Of a DNA stretch of 64,000 nucleotides, positions 41,268-50,450 are shown piece after piece. Each line of letters begins with the position of its first letter. Within the stretch, counting starts at the first letter, position 1. This DNA is from Candidatus Poriferihabitaceae bacterium. GTDB taxonomy: Bacteria; Pseudomonadota; Gammaproteobacteria; Arenicellales; Poriferihabitantaceae. The translations under genes were made by a program, and so were the position numbers. The notes beneath the pieces were generated by a model. The model had not been told where the DNA came from, did no database searches, and was given only the letters and a program-made list of their open reading frames with translations. The stretch lies in contig OZ241878.1 of NCBI GenBank assembly GCA_965203365.1, positions 3,598,962 through 3,662,961 of the forward strand, read 5' to 3'.

Positions 41268-41820
41268 TTGTTCGCGAGCGGGTAAAGCTCAAGAAAAGCG
41301 CCCTCAATGGACTTCCCGAATGAAGTTTTGAGCGTCATGTAGAGCTTACTATTGAACAGGAACGACCCAAAAGCCGCGGGATCACCTAGCTTCATGACAC
41401 TTGCCGACGTCATGAGAACATAAGGGTTGGTGCGGTAATCGGACAGACCCTTGCGTTTCTCGAAAGCGCGAGGCAGATTGGTCTGGATGTAGCCGGAAAT
41501 GGTGTTAGCCATGCGGTCCACTCGACCCTGGCTTACACATACGAATAGGTCGGCTATATCGCGTGCATCAAAACGGTAGCGAGTGGCCTTGATTGAATTG
41601 TAAAGGTTCCTTGTGCGGTTACGGGCAACCATCAGGATCGGGCCTCCGTAACCAACTTGGTCTTTCGCCATGTAACCGGATCGTTGTAGTAGGCGTCGCT
41701 GTTGTTGCCTTGGTCAGACCAAACGAATGTGCGTCCAGCTTTGAACCATTGACGCGTGCGAACATGTGACTGGACATAAACCACGCGGTACGCCTCTAGT
41801 GAGTTCGAATAGGGCTCCAA
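41268..41820 (-). pseudogene. Probable type II restriction endonuclease remnant (frameshifted, 3' end removed by IS30 copy 2)
   Basis: Starts at 41820, overlapping the methyltransferase stop. There is a frame switch near 41650. The ORF runs straight into the IS end at 41267. The call rests on position downstream of the m5C MTase and on an LKTSFGKSIEGAF-type segment; the family is not identified. Confidence 0.45.
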
Positions 41821-42457
41821 TCGCGAGCAGAGAGTTCATCGAGAGTAGATGCGACTACCTCCCCGGCTACTGTCCCCAAGCGCACGGGCACGGCATTTCC
41901 GGCTTGGGCGTATTGTTCGGAGGTCGATCCGCAAAATTTCCAATCGCGAGGAAACTCTTGGATGAGCGCTTACTCCAATAGGCTAAGTGCCCGAACTTCA
42001 GTTGGATGACAAAGGGATGTCCCAGCGTGATTAGTCATGGTAACAAGCGTCGGACAGGGCAGGTCAAAATTGAGCCTGCGCCACCAACCGGAACGTCCGT
42101 CTTTGGCGTGCCACGCACGGCCCATGGATTCTTGTTGGGCTTTTACGGGCAGACTCCGCCAATTGGATCCTGGCGGTACCATGGAAAGATAATGCTTCTT
42201 GCGCGGGCTGAAGCCCATGATCGTGGACTCCGGGGTCGTTCAAGCCGCCAATCGCGTCTCCTAAGGTCTGCCAGCGCTGAAGAGCTTCGTTTGTATCGAA
42301 ATAGTTCAGGCGTTGCGTCTTGCTGCATAGGTCGTCCGTGCGTCGGGTCGGGAAAGTCAACAACAGAGCCGTATCTGTTCCCAACCAAGAGTGTGCGCTC
42401 TCGGAGTTGTGGTGCTCCGTAGTTCACCGCATTCACTTCGAAGCAATCCATGAACAC
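41796..42457 (-). pseudogene. DNA (cytosine-5) methyltransferase, C-terminal half only, multiple lesions
   Basis: Motif VIII region VNAVNYGAPQLRERTLLVG. Motif X QAGNAVPVRL. There is an in-frame TAA at 41970..41972 (LSLLE*ALIQEFP) and at least two frameshifts. Motifs I-IV (FxGxG, PC) are absent upstream. Confidence 0.75.
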
Positions 42458-42703
42458 GGACAGAATTGCAGGGTCATGAATTCGTCATTTCAATACCCGG
42501 ATGGAAATTGATCTCCAATGTACATGGACATGTATTCCTGATCAGGAAACAGGCAAGATCCACACGATCCCTTGATCTTGAAAGGAAATAAATTTCGATT
42601 GCATCGAATGGACTGGAAGTTCGGCGTAAGCTATGGTCGAAGGCAAATATTTTGCTATTCCATGCAACTTGATCGTGTGGAATTTGCATGAAGTCGGGAT
42701 TTG

Positions 42704-42817
42704 ATTGCGCGATTCCCGGGTTGCGCAGATAAGAGCATATCGCGCAATATATTGTTGCCTGATTTATTGGATTTTGCTTGAATCTGCCATATAATTGCGC
42801 AATAGTGTTTTGCGCAA
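42704..42817. promoter_or_regulatory. Array of five TTGCGC(A/G)(A/G)-type palindromic half/whole sites upstream of the second fic gene
   Basis: ATTGCGCGAT (42704..42713) is the exact reverse complement of ATCGCGCAAT (42739..42748). TTGCGCAG lies at 42721. ATTGCGCAAT (42794..42803) is a perfect 10-bp palindrome. TTGCGCAA lies at 42810..42817. Confidence 0.45.
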
Positions 42818-42830
42818 CAAAGGAAAGAAC

Positions 42831-44219
42831 GTGGCCAGACGCATCGCCGAAAGAGACCTGCAAGCGATTATCAACGTAGTAACCGGCTACCGCGACGGCC
42901 TGTCGGCACAGCAGATTCATGAAGAACTAAACAAGGCCATCGCTTTGCGCACGTTGCAGTATCGCCTCAAGCATTTGGTTGAAAGCGGCAAGCTTATGCA
43001 GGAAGGCGAGGCAAGGGCCACCAAATACATTATTCCCTCAGCAGTCGAGGCTGCCGACACTCTCGAAGCGCACGGCTATCTGATGCCCATCTCAAAAGCT
43101 GGCGCCGCTATACGGATATATGTCGGGCAGCCGCCGCAAAAACGCAAACCGGTTGGCTATGATCGGGCCTTTCTCGATTCTTATCATCCCAACGAAACCT
43201 CCTATCTTTCGGGCGACGAGTGTGCGCATCTGCATGAGATCGGCAAGCCGCAGATCGCGGAACAACCTGCCGGCACCTATGCCAGGCAGATACTAAACCG
43301 CCTGCTTATTGATCTGTCCTGGAACTCAAGCCGTCTGGAGGGCAATACCTATTCTTTGCTCGATACCAAGCGCCTGATCGATTTCGGCCAGGTCGCCGAA
43401 GGCAAGGATCAGCTCGAAACACAGATGATCCTGAACCATAAGGACGCAATCGAGTTTCTGGTTACCAGCGCCGATGCGATTGGGTTCAATCGCTACACGA
43501 TCCTGAACCTGCACGCGATGCTCGCCAACAACCTGCTTGCCGGTCCGGACGCGCCAGGCCGGTTGCGGCAGATTGCGGTTGGCATTGAACGGTCGGCATT
43601 CCATCCGCTCGAAGTCCCGCAGATGATCGAGGAGTTTTTCGATCAGATACTTGCTTCGGCAGAAGCAATCGAAGACCCGTTCGAGCAAGCCTTCTTCGTC
43701 ATGGTTCAGCTTCCGTATTTGCAGCCCTTTGACGATGTGAACAAACGCGTCTCGCGCCTGTCTGCCAACATCCCGCTGATCAAGGCCAATCTGTCGCCGC
43801 TGTCATTCGAGGATGTTCCGAATGACCTCTATACGCAGGCGGTTCTCGGTGTTTATGAACTCAATCAGATCGGCCTGCTCAAGGATGTTTTCATCTGGGC
43901 ATATGAACGTTCAGCGGCCCGCTATGCCGCAGTCCGGCAATCGCTTGGCGAGCCTGATCCTCTTAGACTCCGCTACCATAATGAGCTACGCGAGATCATC
44001 GGCAGTGTTGTCCGCCAGGCCATGGGGCGCAAGGATGCCGCTGCCCATATCGCCGATTGGACAGATGGGAATATCGTCGCCGAAGACCGCGAAGCCTTCC
44101 GCGAAATGGCGGAGACCGAGCTTCTCAGTTTGCATGAAGGCAACTTTGCGCGTTACCGCATAAAGCCATCCGAATTCCAGGCATGGCAGGAAGCCTGGTC
44201 TGAAAAGACATTCACATAG
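42831..44219 (+). CDS. Fic/Doc-fold protein with N-terminal wHTH and degenerate active-site motif
   Basis: ORF 42795..44219. Start probably GTG 42831 (AGGAAA upstream). The motif position reads QPFDDVNKRVSR (43722..43757) instead of HPFxDGNGRxxR. An SxxxEG motif (SSRLEG) is present. Confidence 0.85.
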   Translation: MARRIAERDLQAIINVVTGYRDGLSAQQIHEELNKAIALRTLQYRLKHLVESGKLMQEGEARATKYIIPSAVEAADTLEAHGYLMPISKAGAAIRIYVGQPPQKRKPVGYDRAFLDSYHPNETSYLSGDECAHLHEIGKPQIAEQPAGTYARQILNRLLIDLSWNSSRLEGNTYSLLDTKRLIDFGQVAEGKDQLETQMILNHKDAIEFLVTSADAIGFNRYTILNLHAMLANNLLAGPDAPGRLRQIAVGIERSAFHPLEVPQMIEEFFDQILASAEAIEDPFEQAFFVMVQLPYLQPFDDVNKRVSRLSANIPLIKANLSPLSFEDVPNDLYTQAVLGVYELNQIGLLKDVFIWAYERSAARYAAVRQSLGEPDPLRLRYHNELREIIGSVVRQAMGRKDAAAHIADWTDGNIVAEDREAFREMAETELLSLHEGNFARYRIKPSEFQAWQEAWSEKTFT

Positions 44220-45689
44220 ATGTTCGCCCGGCGCGGCCTACTCACGTTATCGGTCAATCGCCTTTCAGATGTTCCGTCTCGCTTTCCTGCTTTCTCAACC
44301 CTGACGCTTGATTAGCCGGACGCGCCGGTCGGTCAATGGTCTACCGGCAACATCCGTGTTGGCCGTTACCCGGCTACTCCGATGACTGTCGGGCTCGTTC
44401 GCCCGGCTCATCTTCTCCACGTCTTGAGAAACCCCGGCGAAAGGGGATAAACATGGAACTCTTGACCAAAAGCCAAATCCGGCAGGCTCTTGCCGAATAG
44501 GGCAGGGCCGAGTGACCTCAGCTCTTTGGGTTTCACGGTCAAAACGAGAGTCCTCGGAAGTGATGATGTGCTCCCCAACGTGCTCTCAGTGAGGGTCAGA
44601 GTTTTTCCGGCTTCGATCAGCAGCACGGGCAGTCCTGTAGATCAATCGTCATCCTCCAACAGGTGCTTCATCTGGCGCTGGACGGTTTCCAGCGACGGCA
44701 GGTCCTTTTCGTCGAATTCCTGTGACGCGGCCTTGTGTGCATCGAAGGCCAGCACATTGCGCGGCGTTTCGGGGTTGGCCGCATGAAGTTCGCGCACCAA
44801 GGCCTTGATGCGGGGTCATGCGGCCTTGCGCGGGCCAACCGCGCTGTTCTTTGCCGTCCGCATTTTTGCTGCGGGGATGGACGAGACGGGGTGCGGGCCG
44901 TGCTGGTTGAAGAGATAGCGTTGGTTTCACCTGCTGAAGAAATGCCGGCAGGTCATAGCACTTGTAGCTCATCTAGCCTCGATTCCCAAGTAACGATTCC
45001 CATGTGACATTTTCATGCGGAATGCGGCTTCCTTGAACACTGAATCGGAATGCGGAACCGTGGTCAAGGGCGGCATCACGGTCGGTATTTCACCGGCCCC
45101 CTAGTGTGCATCAAGCTCAATTTCCGATCCGTCGAGTGGTGTCTGCTTGGTCTGCGCACTCCCGTCCACAGGTCGCGCCGATGTCCGTCCCCGCGTAGCG
45201 GGGGTACCGTAGCATGTCCGAAGGGCGCCAGACGCCCCATGGAGCCTCGAACCGACAGCTTCGGCCAAACGCGTCCCGTTCGACCGAACCGGCAAAATTC
45301 GGGGAGACCATCAATCAGGGTCCTTGATCGGCGAAGATGCACGGATTGGGGCCGGATTCGGATCCAATCCGACGGTTTTTCAACCCGTCGAAACGAAACA
45401 ATCCGGGGTGAGGGGGGAGAGCAGACACGACGTAACGGTTCACCGGCCATCTCTGACCGGGCGTGGTCAGGTTTCGGTTCCGTCGACCGGCGCTGGCTTG
45501 CGTTCACGCGGCCATCGTCTCATCGGTCAATCCTCAAGGCCGGGTTCGGTCGGGGCGGCCGCCGGGTCTTTTCCGGATCGGTTCGCGGCCCTGCCACCTC
45601 GCAGGCGGCGATGATGCGTGGCCTCTTCTGCGGCGCATGTCAGTCATTTGTCGTTGACACTCGCAGTGGGACTGCAAACCGATTTTTTT

Positions 45690-45709
45690 CTTCAGAGTGG
45701 CACGGGGGG
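45690..45709 (+). mobile_element. Solo 20-bp IS30-family right-end fragment
   Basis: CTTCAGAGTGGCACGGGGGG is identical to the outer 20 bp of the right end of copy 3. No IS-like sequence lies upstream of it. Confidence 0.6.
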
Positions 45710-46249
45710 TTGAAACGATTCAGACCGAAACCTCGATCGAATGTTGGTCTCGGTGGTTGCGTCCCCCCGCAACCAAAATTACCAATAAACGCAATAAGTT
45801 ATGAAAAACGCCCGTTGAACCAAGGCGGACATTTTTGCGTCCGGGTACCACATCGGTACCACCTGATATCAAATTTCAGCCAAGCCAACGAACATCGCTG
45901 CGCTACGCTCTCGCTGTCGTCGTCTTCTGATCAACGAAGAATTACATTCGACTCGCTGAATCGATTCAAACTAGACAGACTCTAACTGCGATCGCTGCAT
46001 GGCGGCCAGCGGCGCGGCCTGCCGGAATAGTTCGATCACGGGTATCCCTTCGACATCCGGATGAACCAAGGGTCGAAGCACTTCATCTAGGGCCGGGGGT
46101 TCGAACCACGGCAGCGGGAACCGATCCTCCGCCTCCAGGTCGAGGCCTTCAGTCTCGACAGCCCCTGCCATCAAGGTCCATCCCGATGGCCCGGAGGCGC
46201 GAAAAAAGGAGCCGATCAGGAGATTTTTCGCTTTTCCTGCACACTGATT

Positions 46250-46298
46250 TGTGACAAAATGTCGGAAGTCAGAGTCTAACAACCGACATTTTGTCACA
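46250..46298. promoter_or_regulatory. Perfect 16-bp inverted repeat abutting the abiEi start codon (putative operator)
   Basis: TGTGACAAAATGTCGG (46250..46265) and CCGACATTTTGTCACA (46283..46298) are separated by 17 nt. The last A is the A of ATG 46298. Confidence 0.6.
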
Positions 46299-46924
46299 TG
46301 AGTGCTACAGACGAGATATCGCAGAAGGATCGAGCCGTCGAGCTTCTCAAGGAGCGCGGCACTATGCGTCGCATTGAGCTGAGCGAGGCCGGAGTCCACC
46401 CGGAAACACTTTCGCGACTAGTGGAAGAGGGTGTACTCACCCGGGTTTCCCGCGGCCTCTATCAGTTCACCGACGCCGATGTCACGGCGCCGCATGACTT
46501 GGCCAACGTCGCGAAGCGCGTACCGAAAGGGGTCATCTGCCTAATCTCCGCCCTCCAGTTCCATGAACTCACGCTCCAAACGCCAAGCCGAGTCTGGGTC
46601 GCTATCGGCCCAAAGGCACGGAAACCCAAGATCGAATATCCGCCAACCCGCATCGTGCGGTTCGGGGAGCAGGTGCTTTCGCTCGGCGTTGAGAACCACA
46701 CGATTGACGGCGTCTCGGTTCCGATCTTCAACTCTGCCAAAACGGTAGTGGACTGTTTCCGGTTCAGGAATCGCGTCGGTTTCGACGTTGCGCTAGAGGG
46801 TCTCCACAACATCGTAAAGTCGGGCAAAGCCAAGCCAGCAGAGATCGTTGGATATGCCCGCGACACCCGCATCTGGTCCGTCCTGCGGCCCTACCTCGAA
46901 ACGGTGGTCGCCGATGGCGCATGA
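46298..46924 (+). CDS. abiEi: AbiEi-family antitoxin (type IV TA)
   Basis: 208 aa. N-terminal wHTH (RRIELSEAGVHPETLSRLVEEGVLTRVSRGLYQ). LISALQFHELT and KTVVDCFRFRN are typical of the AbiEi_4-like family. Confidence 0.9.
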   Translation: MSATDEISQKDRAVELLKERGTMRRIELSEAGVHPETLSRLVEEGVLTRVSRGLYQFTDADVTAPHDLANVAKRVPKGVICLISALQFHELTLQTPSRVWVAIGPKARKPKIEYPPTRIVRFGEQVLSLGVENHTIDGVSVPIFNSAKTVVDCFRFRNRVGFDVALEGLHNIVKSGKAKPAEIVGYARDTRIWSVLRPYLETVVADGA

Positions 46925-47837
46925 AGGGAAGAACATCGCCGCGTCGGTACGTGCACGGCTTCAAAACGTCGCTCGGGTGAAACAAGCGAACTTTCAGCAG
47001 ATGCTTACGCGCTACGCGCTGGAACGGCTTCTCTTCCGCTTGAGCGTTTCTCCTCACAAGGACAGGTTCGTTCTCAAGGGCGCCATGCTTTATGCCGCTT
47101 GGCTTGATGACCCCTTCAGAACGACGCGCGACCTGGATTTTCTCGCTTTCGGCGAGCGCGAAGCCGAGCGTCTTGCAGAAATCTTCCGCGACATTTGTGT
47201 CCAAACGGTAGAGGACGACGGGCTGAGTTTTGATGCCGAGCATCTTGCTACAGAGACAATTCGCGAGGATCAAACTGATGGAGGCATTCGATTGAGAACG
47301 TCGGCGCGTCTTGGCACTGCCGTCATCCCGGTCCAGATCGACATCGGTTTCGGTGACGTTGTAACGCCCGGCCCATCGGAACTCGAATATCCGGTTCTTC
47401 TCGACCAACCAGTGCCCAAGCTAAACGCTTATCCACGCGAAACTGTGGCCGCGGAAAAATTTGAGGCCATGGTCGCGCTCGGTCTTGCGAATAGCCGGAT
47501 GAAAGACTTCTACGACCTTCTGGCGATGTCGCGGCTCTTTACCTTCGAAGGTGCGACGCTCTCCGCGGCAATCCGCGCCACCTTCGAGAGGCGCACAACG
47601 CCAATTCCACGTGCACACCCGCCGTCCTTAACTCCTGCCTTCTCTGAGGATCCCATGAAAGTGCAGCAGTGGCGGTCTTTCCTAGCCCGCGAGCCACTGC
47701 TGATCGATGAGCCGAACTTAAAAAAGGTAGTCAGTGAGGTCGACGACTTCGTCATGCCAGCTGCTTGTGGCGCAATCGATATCGATAGTACGCCCGGCGA
47801 CTGGTCTCCCGAGAGCGGTTGGAGCTCATCGCCATGA
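46914..47837 (+). CDS. abiEii: AbiEii/AbiGii-family nucleotidyltransferase toxin
   Basis: Start at ATG 46914, overlapping abiEi by 11 nt. ASVRARLQNVARVKQANFQQMLTRYALERLLFRLS..FVLKGAMLY..RTTRDLDF is the characteristic N-terminus. Confidence 0.9.
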   Translation: MAHEGKNIAASVRARLQNVARVKQANFQQMLTRYALERLLFRLSVSPHKDRFVLKGAMLYAAWLDDPFRTTRDLDFLAFGEREAERLAEIFRDICVQTVEDDGLSFDAEHLATETIREDQTDGGIRLRTSARLGTAVIPVQIDIGFGDVVTPGPSELEYPVLLDQPVPKLNAYPRETVAAEKFEAMVALGLANSRMKDFYDLLAMSRLFTFEGATLSAAIRATFERRTTPIPRAHPPSLTPAFSEDPMKVQQWRSFLAREPLLIDEPNLKKVVSEVDDFVMPAACGAIDIDSTPGDWSPESGWSSSP

Positions 47838-47934
47838 ATAACCAGCGTGGCGTACTACCAGTTCAGGTCGAGAGCCTTCAGCCAACAAAGCTGTAGCGTA
47901 TCTCAAGATTTTCATCAGATCGAAACAGTCTTTA

Positions 47935-48307
47935 TGGAAGGGCGGATCAACCGCCAGCCCTGGAAGGTGCTGGGGTATCGAACCTCTCAAGAGGTCTTCA
48001 CCGCCGTCGCCCCGCCCTGAAGGCGGTCATTCCTCTCCCCTCCCCTGCCTTTCCAGAAGCCCGTATTCGACGGGCAGGGCCCCGCTCGGCCGAAGCCCGC
48101 CTGACACGGCCCGAGCGGGCCCTGGCGTCGTGAAATCGCCTCGGTCAGACTCCCTGGCGTCGAGATGGATGTCATTGATGACCGACATCAGCTCCTTTCA
48201 GCCCCTGGGAGGGCTGAATGGTCCGGTCGCCGCCGTGCTCCCTTCCTTCGGGGGATGCCCTCATGCCGGGAGCGGGGCGAGTGTGGCACTTCAGACTGGA
48301 AGTGGGG
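47935..48307 (+). mobile_element. IS30-family fragment (3' end of transposase gene plus left-type IS end), inverted relative to the other copies
   Basis: Encodes ...RINRQPWKVLGYRTSQEVFTAVAPP* followed by the about 300-bp IS tail, ending GTGTGGCACTTCAGACTGGAAGTGGGG. Confidence 0.8.
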
Positions 48308-48486
48308 GCATTGAGTACCTGAAAATTCGGGAAATTGACGTTTCCCTGCTGATTCGGGAATAGCGGAGCGATGTGTTCTGATTGGGCCTGTGTGAGTTCC
48401 ACGGATGTGATCTTCCCTGTAGCTCCAGTCAAAAGTGAGGGAGAATGAGTGGATCATATTTCCATGAAAATGTGTTAACACTCCTT

Positions 48487-50227
48487 AATCGTGGCGCTCA
48501 CGGAGTGTCCGTGGTGCCTCGACTTGCGTTGTTTCTTCAGCCGCTACAAAGCAACCATTGCGTGACCGTCACGATCATGAACACCACTATCGATACCAGG
48601 TCAGTTGGCAGGCAATCCAGCGCTGAGTGGCAAATCGCCATTCAGCCAGTGTGGCAGCCGATGTTAAGTCCATGTGATTGGGCGATATTTCGTGAGGGTT
48701 GCCAGATGTTTTGAATTTCGAAGCATGCACTCGAACCTTTCCCTCTGTCTTGATGCACCGAAAAGAGCATATGGACTCATTTGTGATCCTTTTTCTTCGC
48801 CCAGCTTCTCATCGCTACCAAGTGGCCCGGTTCCCTGTTAGTCAATCTGGCTTGTCAATACCGAATATTCACTCTCTTCAGATTTCTGATTCCGTCTTCT
48901 TTGCATAAATCTTCGGCATTCTCTACCTATTAGGTGACCCTTCGAATTAGGAGTTCGATGATAAAGCGTTTCAGGATCATCGTGCTTAAGCAGGAACGAG
49001 ACCACACTCTTACTATCGGGATTGTGAAATTGATTGCGATGCTACGCGGATTGCACGGGATAAATCTCCGGGTGGTCAATTGCATGGTGAACGACCTTCT
49101 TAAGCATTTTCGTGCCTTGGTCAAAGTGGGGTCGGAAGGCTCGTCTATCTCCTCTTTCTTTGCATATAAGCTGGACACTCCGCCAATTCCTGTAACGATT
49201 CTTTTAACCAGACACCGGAGTTCTGCAGCGTGGTAACAAATCCGAAAGAGATAATCCGAGAAGAAGCCGAGCTGTTTACCTTGAACTGCAGTTCGCTGGT
49301 GTTACGAATGCGTAAATTACCAGGAGCTCGATCAATCGTAGTCATCGACTAATGATTATGTGGCGTGAGCAACTCCTGGGATCGAAGGCTGTATTGGCGT
49401 TTCCAAAAGAGTCGCCTTGAGAGTCAAGCGGCGGATCTTGGTGATGGTCTGCCATGGCAGATTGACCTACAGATTGTATAAGTGAAAGATTTGGACTGGC
49501 ACTATGTGGATTCTCCCAGGCGATATGCATGTTATCGGCGATCGTCCGTGAGATGGCAGCAAGATGGGTTCAATAATCGCGGGAAACGAAGCTATTCGAC
49601 TGCAGGCTGGCGAGAGAATATGGCTTTAAAATTCTCATCAGATTTGACATGCAAGCTTTTATTACTGCGTTCATACTGAGCATGGTACTTAAGTGAGTCG
49701 ACATAGGTTGCAACTCGGAAGAACTCATCGAAATCATGTCGGCTTCCTCAAGGGTCAAGAGTATCCATCATCATACCCAACACACTCTGAAACGAAAAGA
49801 CCTGACAATAGGAAACCGCATGCGGGACACACCGACTGAAAATACCTCTCAGTGGGTTCCCTGCTGCGATGCGGCTTCATATGATATCAATGGGGACCCA
49901 TAAAAAGCCATGTCATGATCACTGAATGGGGCTAATGGCGAGTGTCTTTAGGCAGATACTGCTTCGCTTTTTGGTGTTCTGATGGCTGATCATAGCGGGG
50001 GCATTAGTGCGGTCAATACCATTTTGACTCCATGACTGGAGCGAGGGCTGTATGACCCGATTGGTTTTTTGGATGTGTCTTGGTATGAGTTGGTCCTGTC
50101 CGACTAGAATCTAGCCTTGGTCGGTGCTGCTGAAGTAGTTTCCGACCTGTTGGCCCTCACAGGGCAGTGGCATGCTACAATCGGAGAAGTCAAGTGGGAT
50201 CATGTTGAGTTAAGAACGGTGCTCAAA
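48487..50227 (-). pseudogene. Decayed minus-strand gene(s); copy B of the 39.5-kb repeat
   Basis: A chain of short broken minus-strand ORFs (49570..49758, 49342..49530, 49145..49345, 48930..49178). The 3' part is homologous to ORF 39572..39793 but contains stops (..KYRPITWT*HRLPHWLNGDLPLSAGLPAN*PGIDSGVHDRDG). Lower GC by eye. Function unknown. Confidence 0.4.
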
Positions 50228-50450
50228 AATAAAGAGGTTCTTGTGCCTTGAGATGTTGCAGACTGTTCACTACCGCCTGTGGTACATTGGCGACGAAAGC
50301 CAAGCAGAACGAATGGGGAGTCGTGTTCCGTTCGAGGCATGCGCATGTGACACTATGAGATGAGCCCGCCTACATCACAAACTACCACCAGATGGACTCA
50401 TTCAAAATCCTGCAGCGGAGTGTGTACTGATCACTGTGGATAAGCGAATA

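Noticed and set aside
45100-45700. Group II intron or retron non-coding RNA
   Set aside because: There is no reverse-transcriptase ORF nearby. I could not find a GUGYG 5' end or a domain V-like hairpin. The hairpins present are short and unconnected.
45050-45985. 311-aa plus-strand ORF
   Set aside because: The composition is dominated by R, G, S and P, with no motifs. It spans a solo IS end. It is treated as non-coding (see the finding on this region).
45971-46399. 142-aa minus-strand ORF divergent from or overlapping abiEi
   Set aside because: Its 5' third overlaps the abiEi start and operator. It has no recognisable motifs. At most its 3' part (45971 to about 46170) could be a gene fragment, which is not enough to call.
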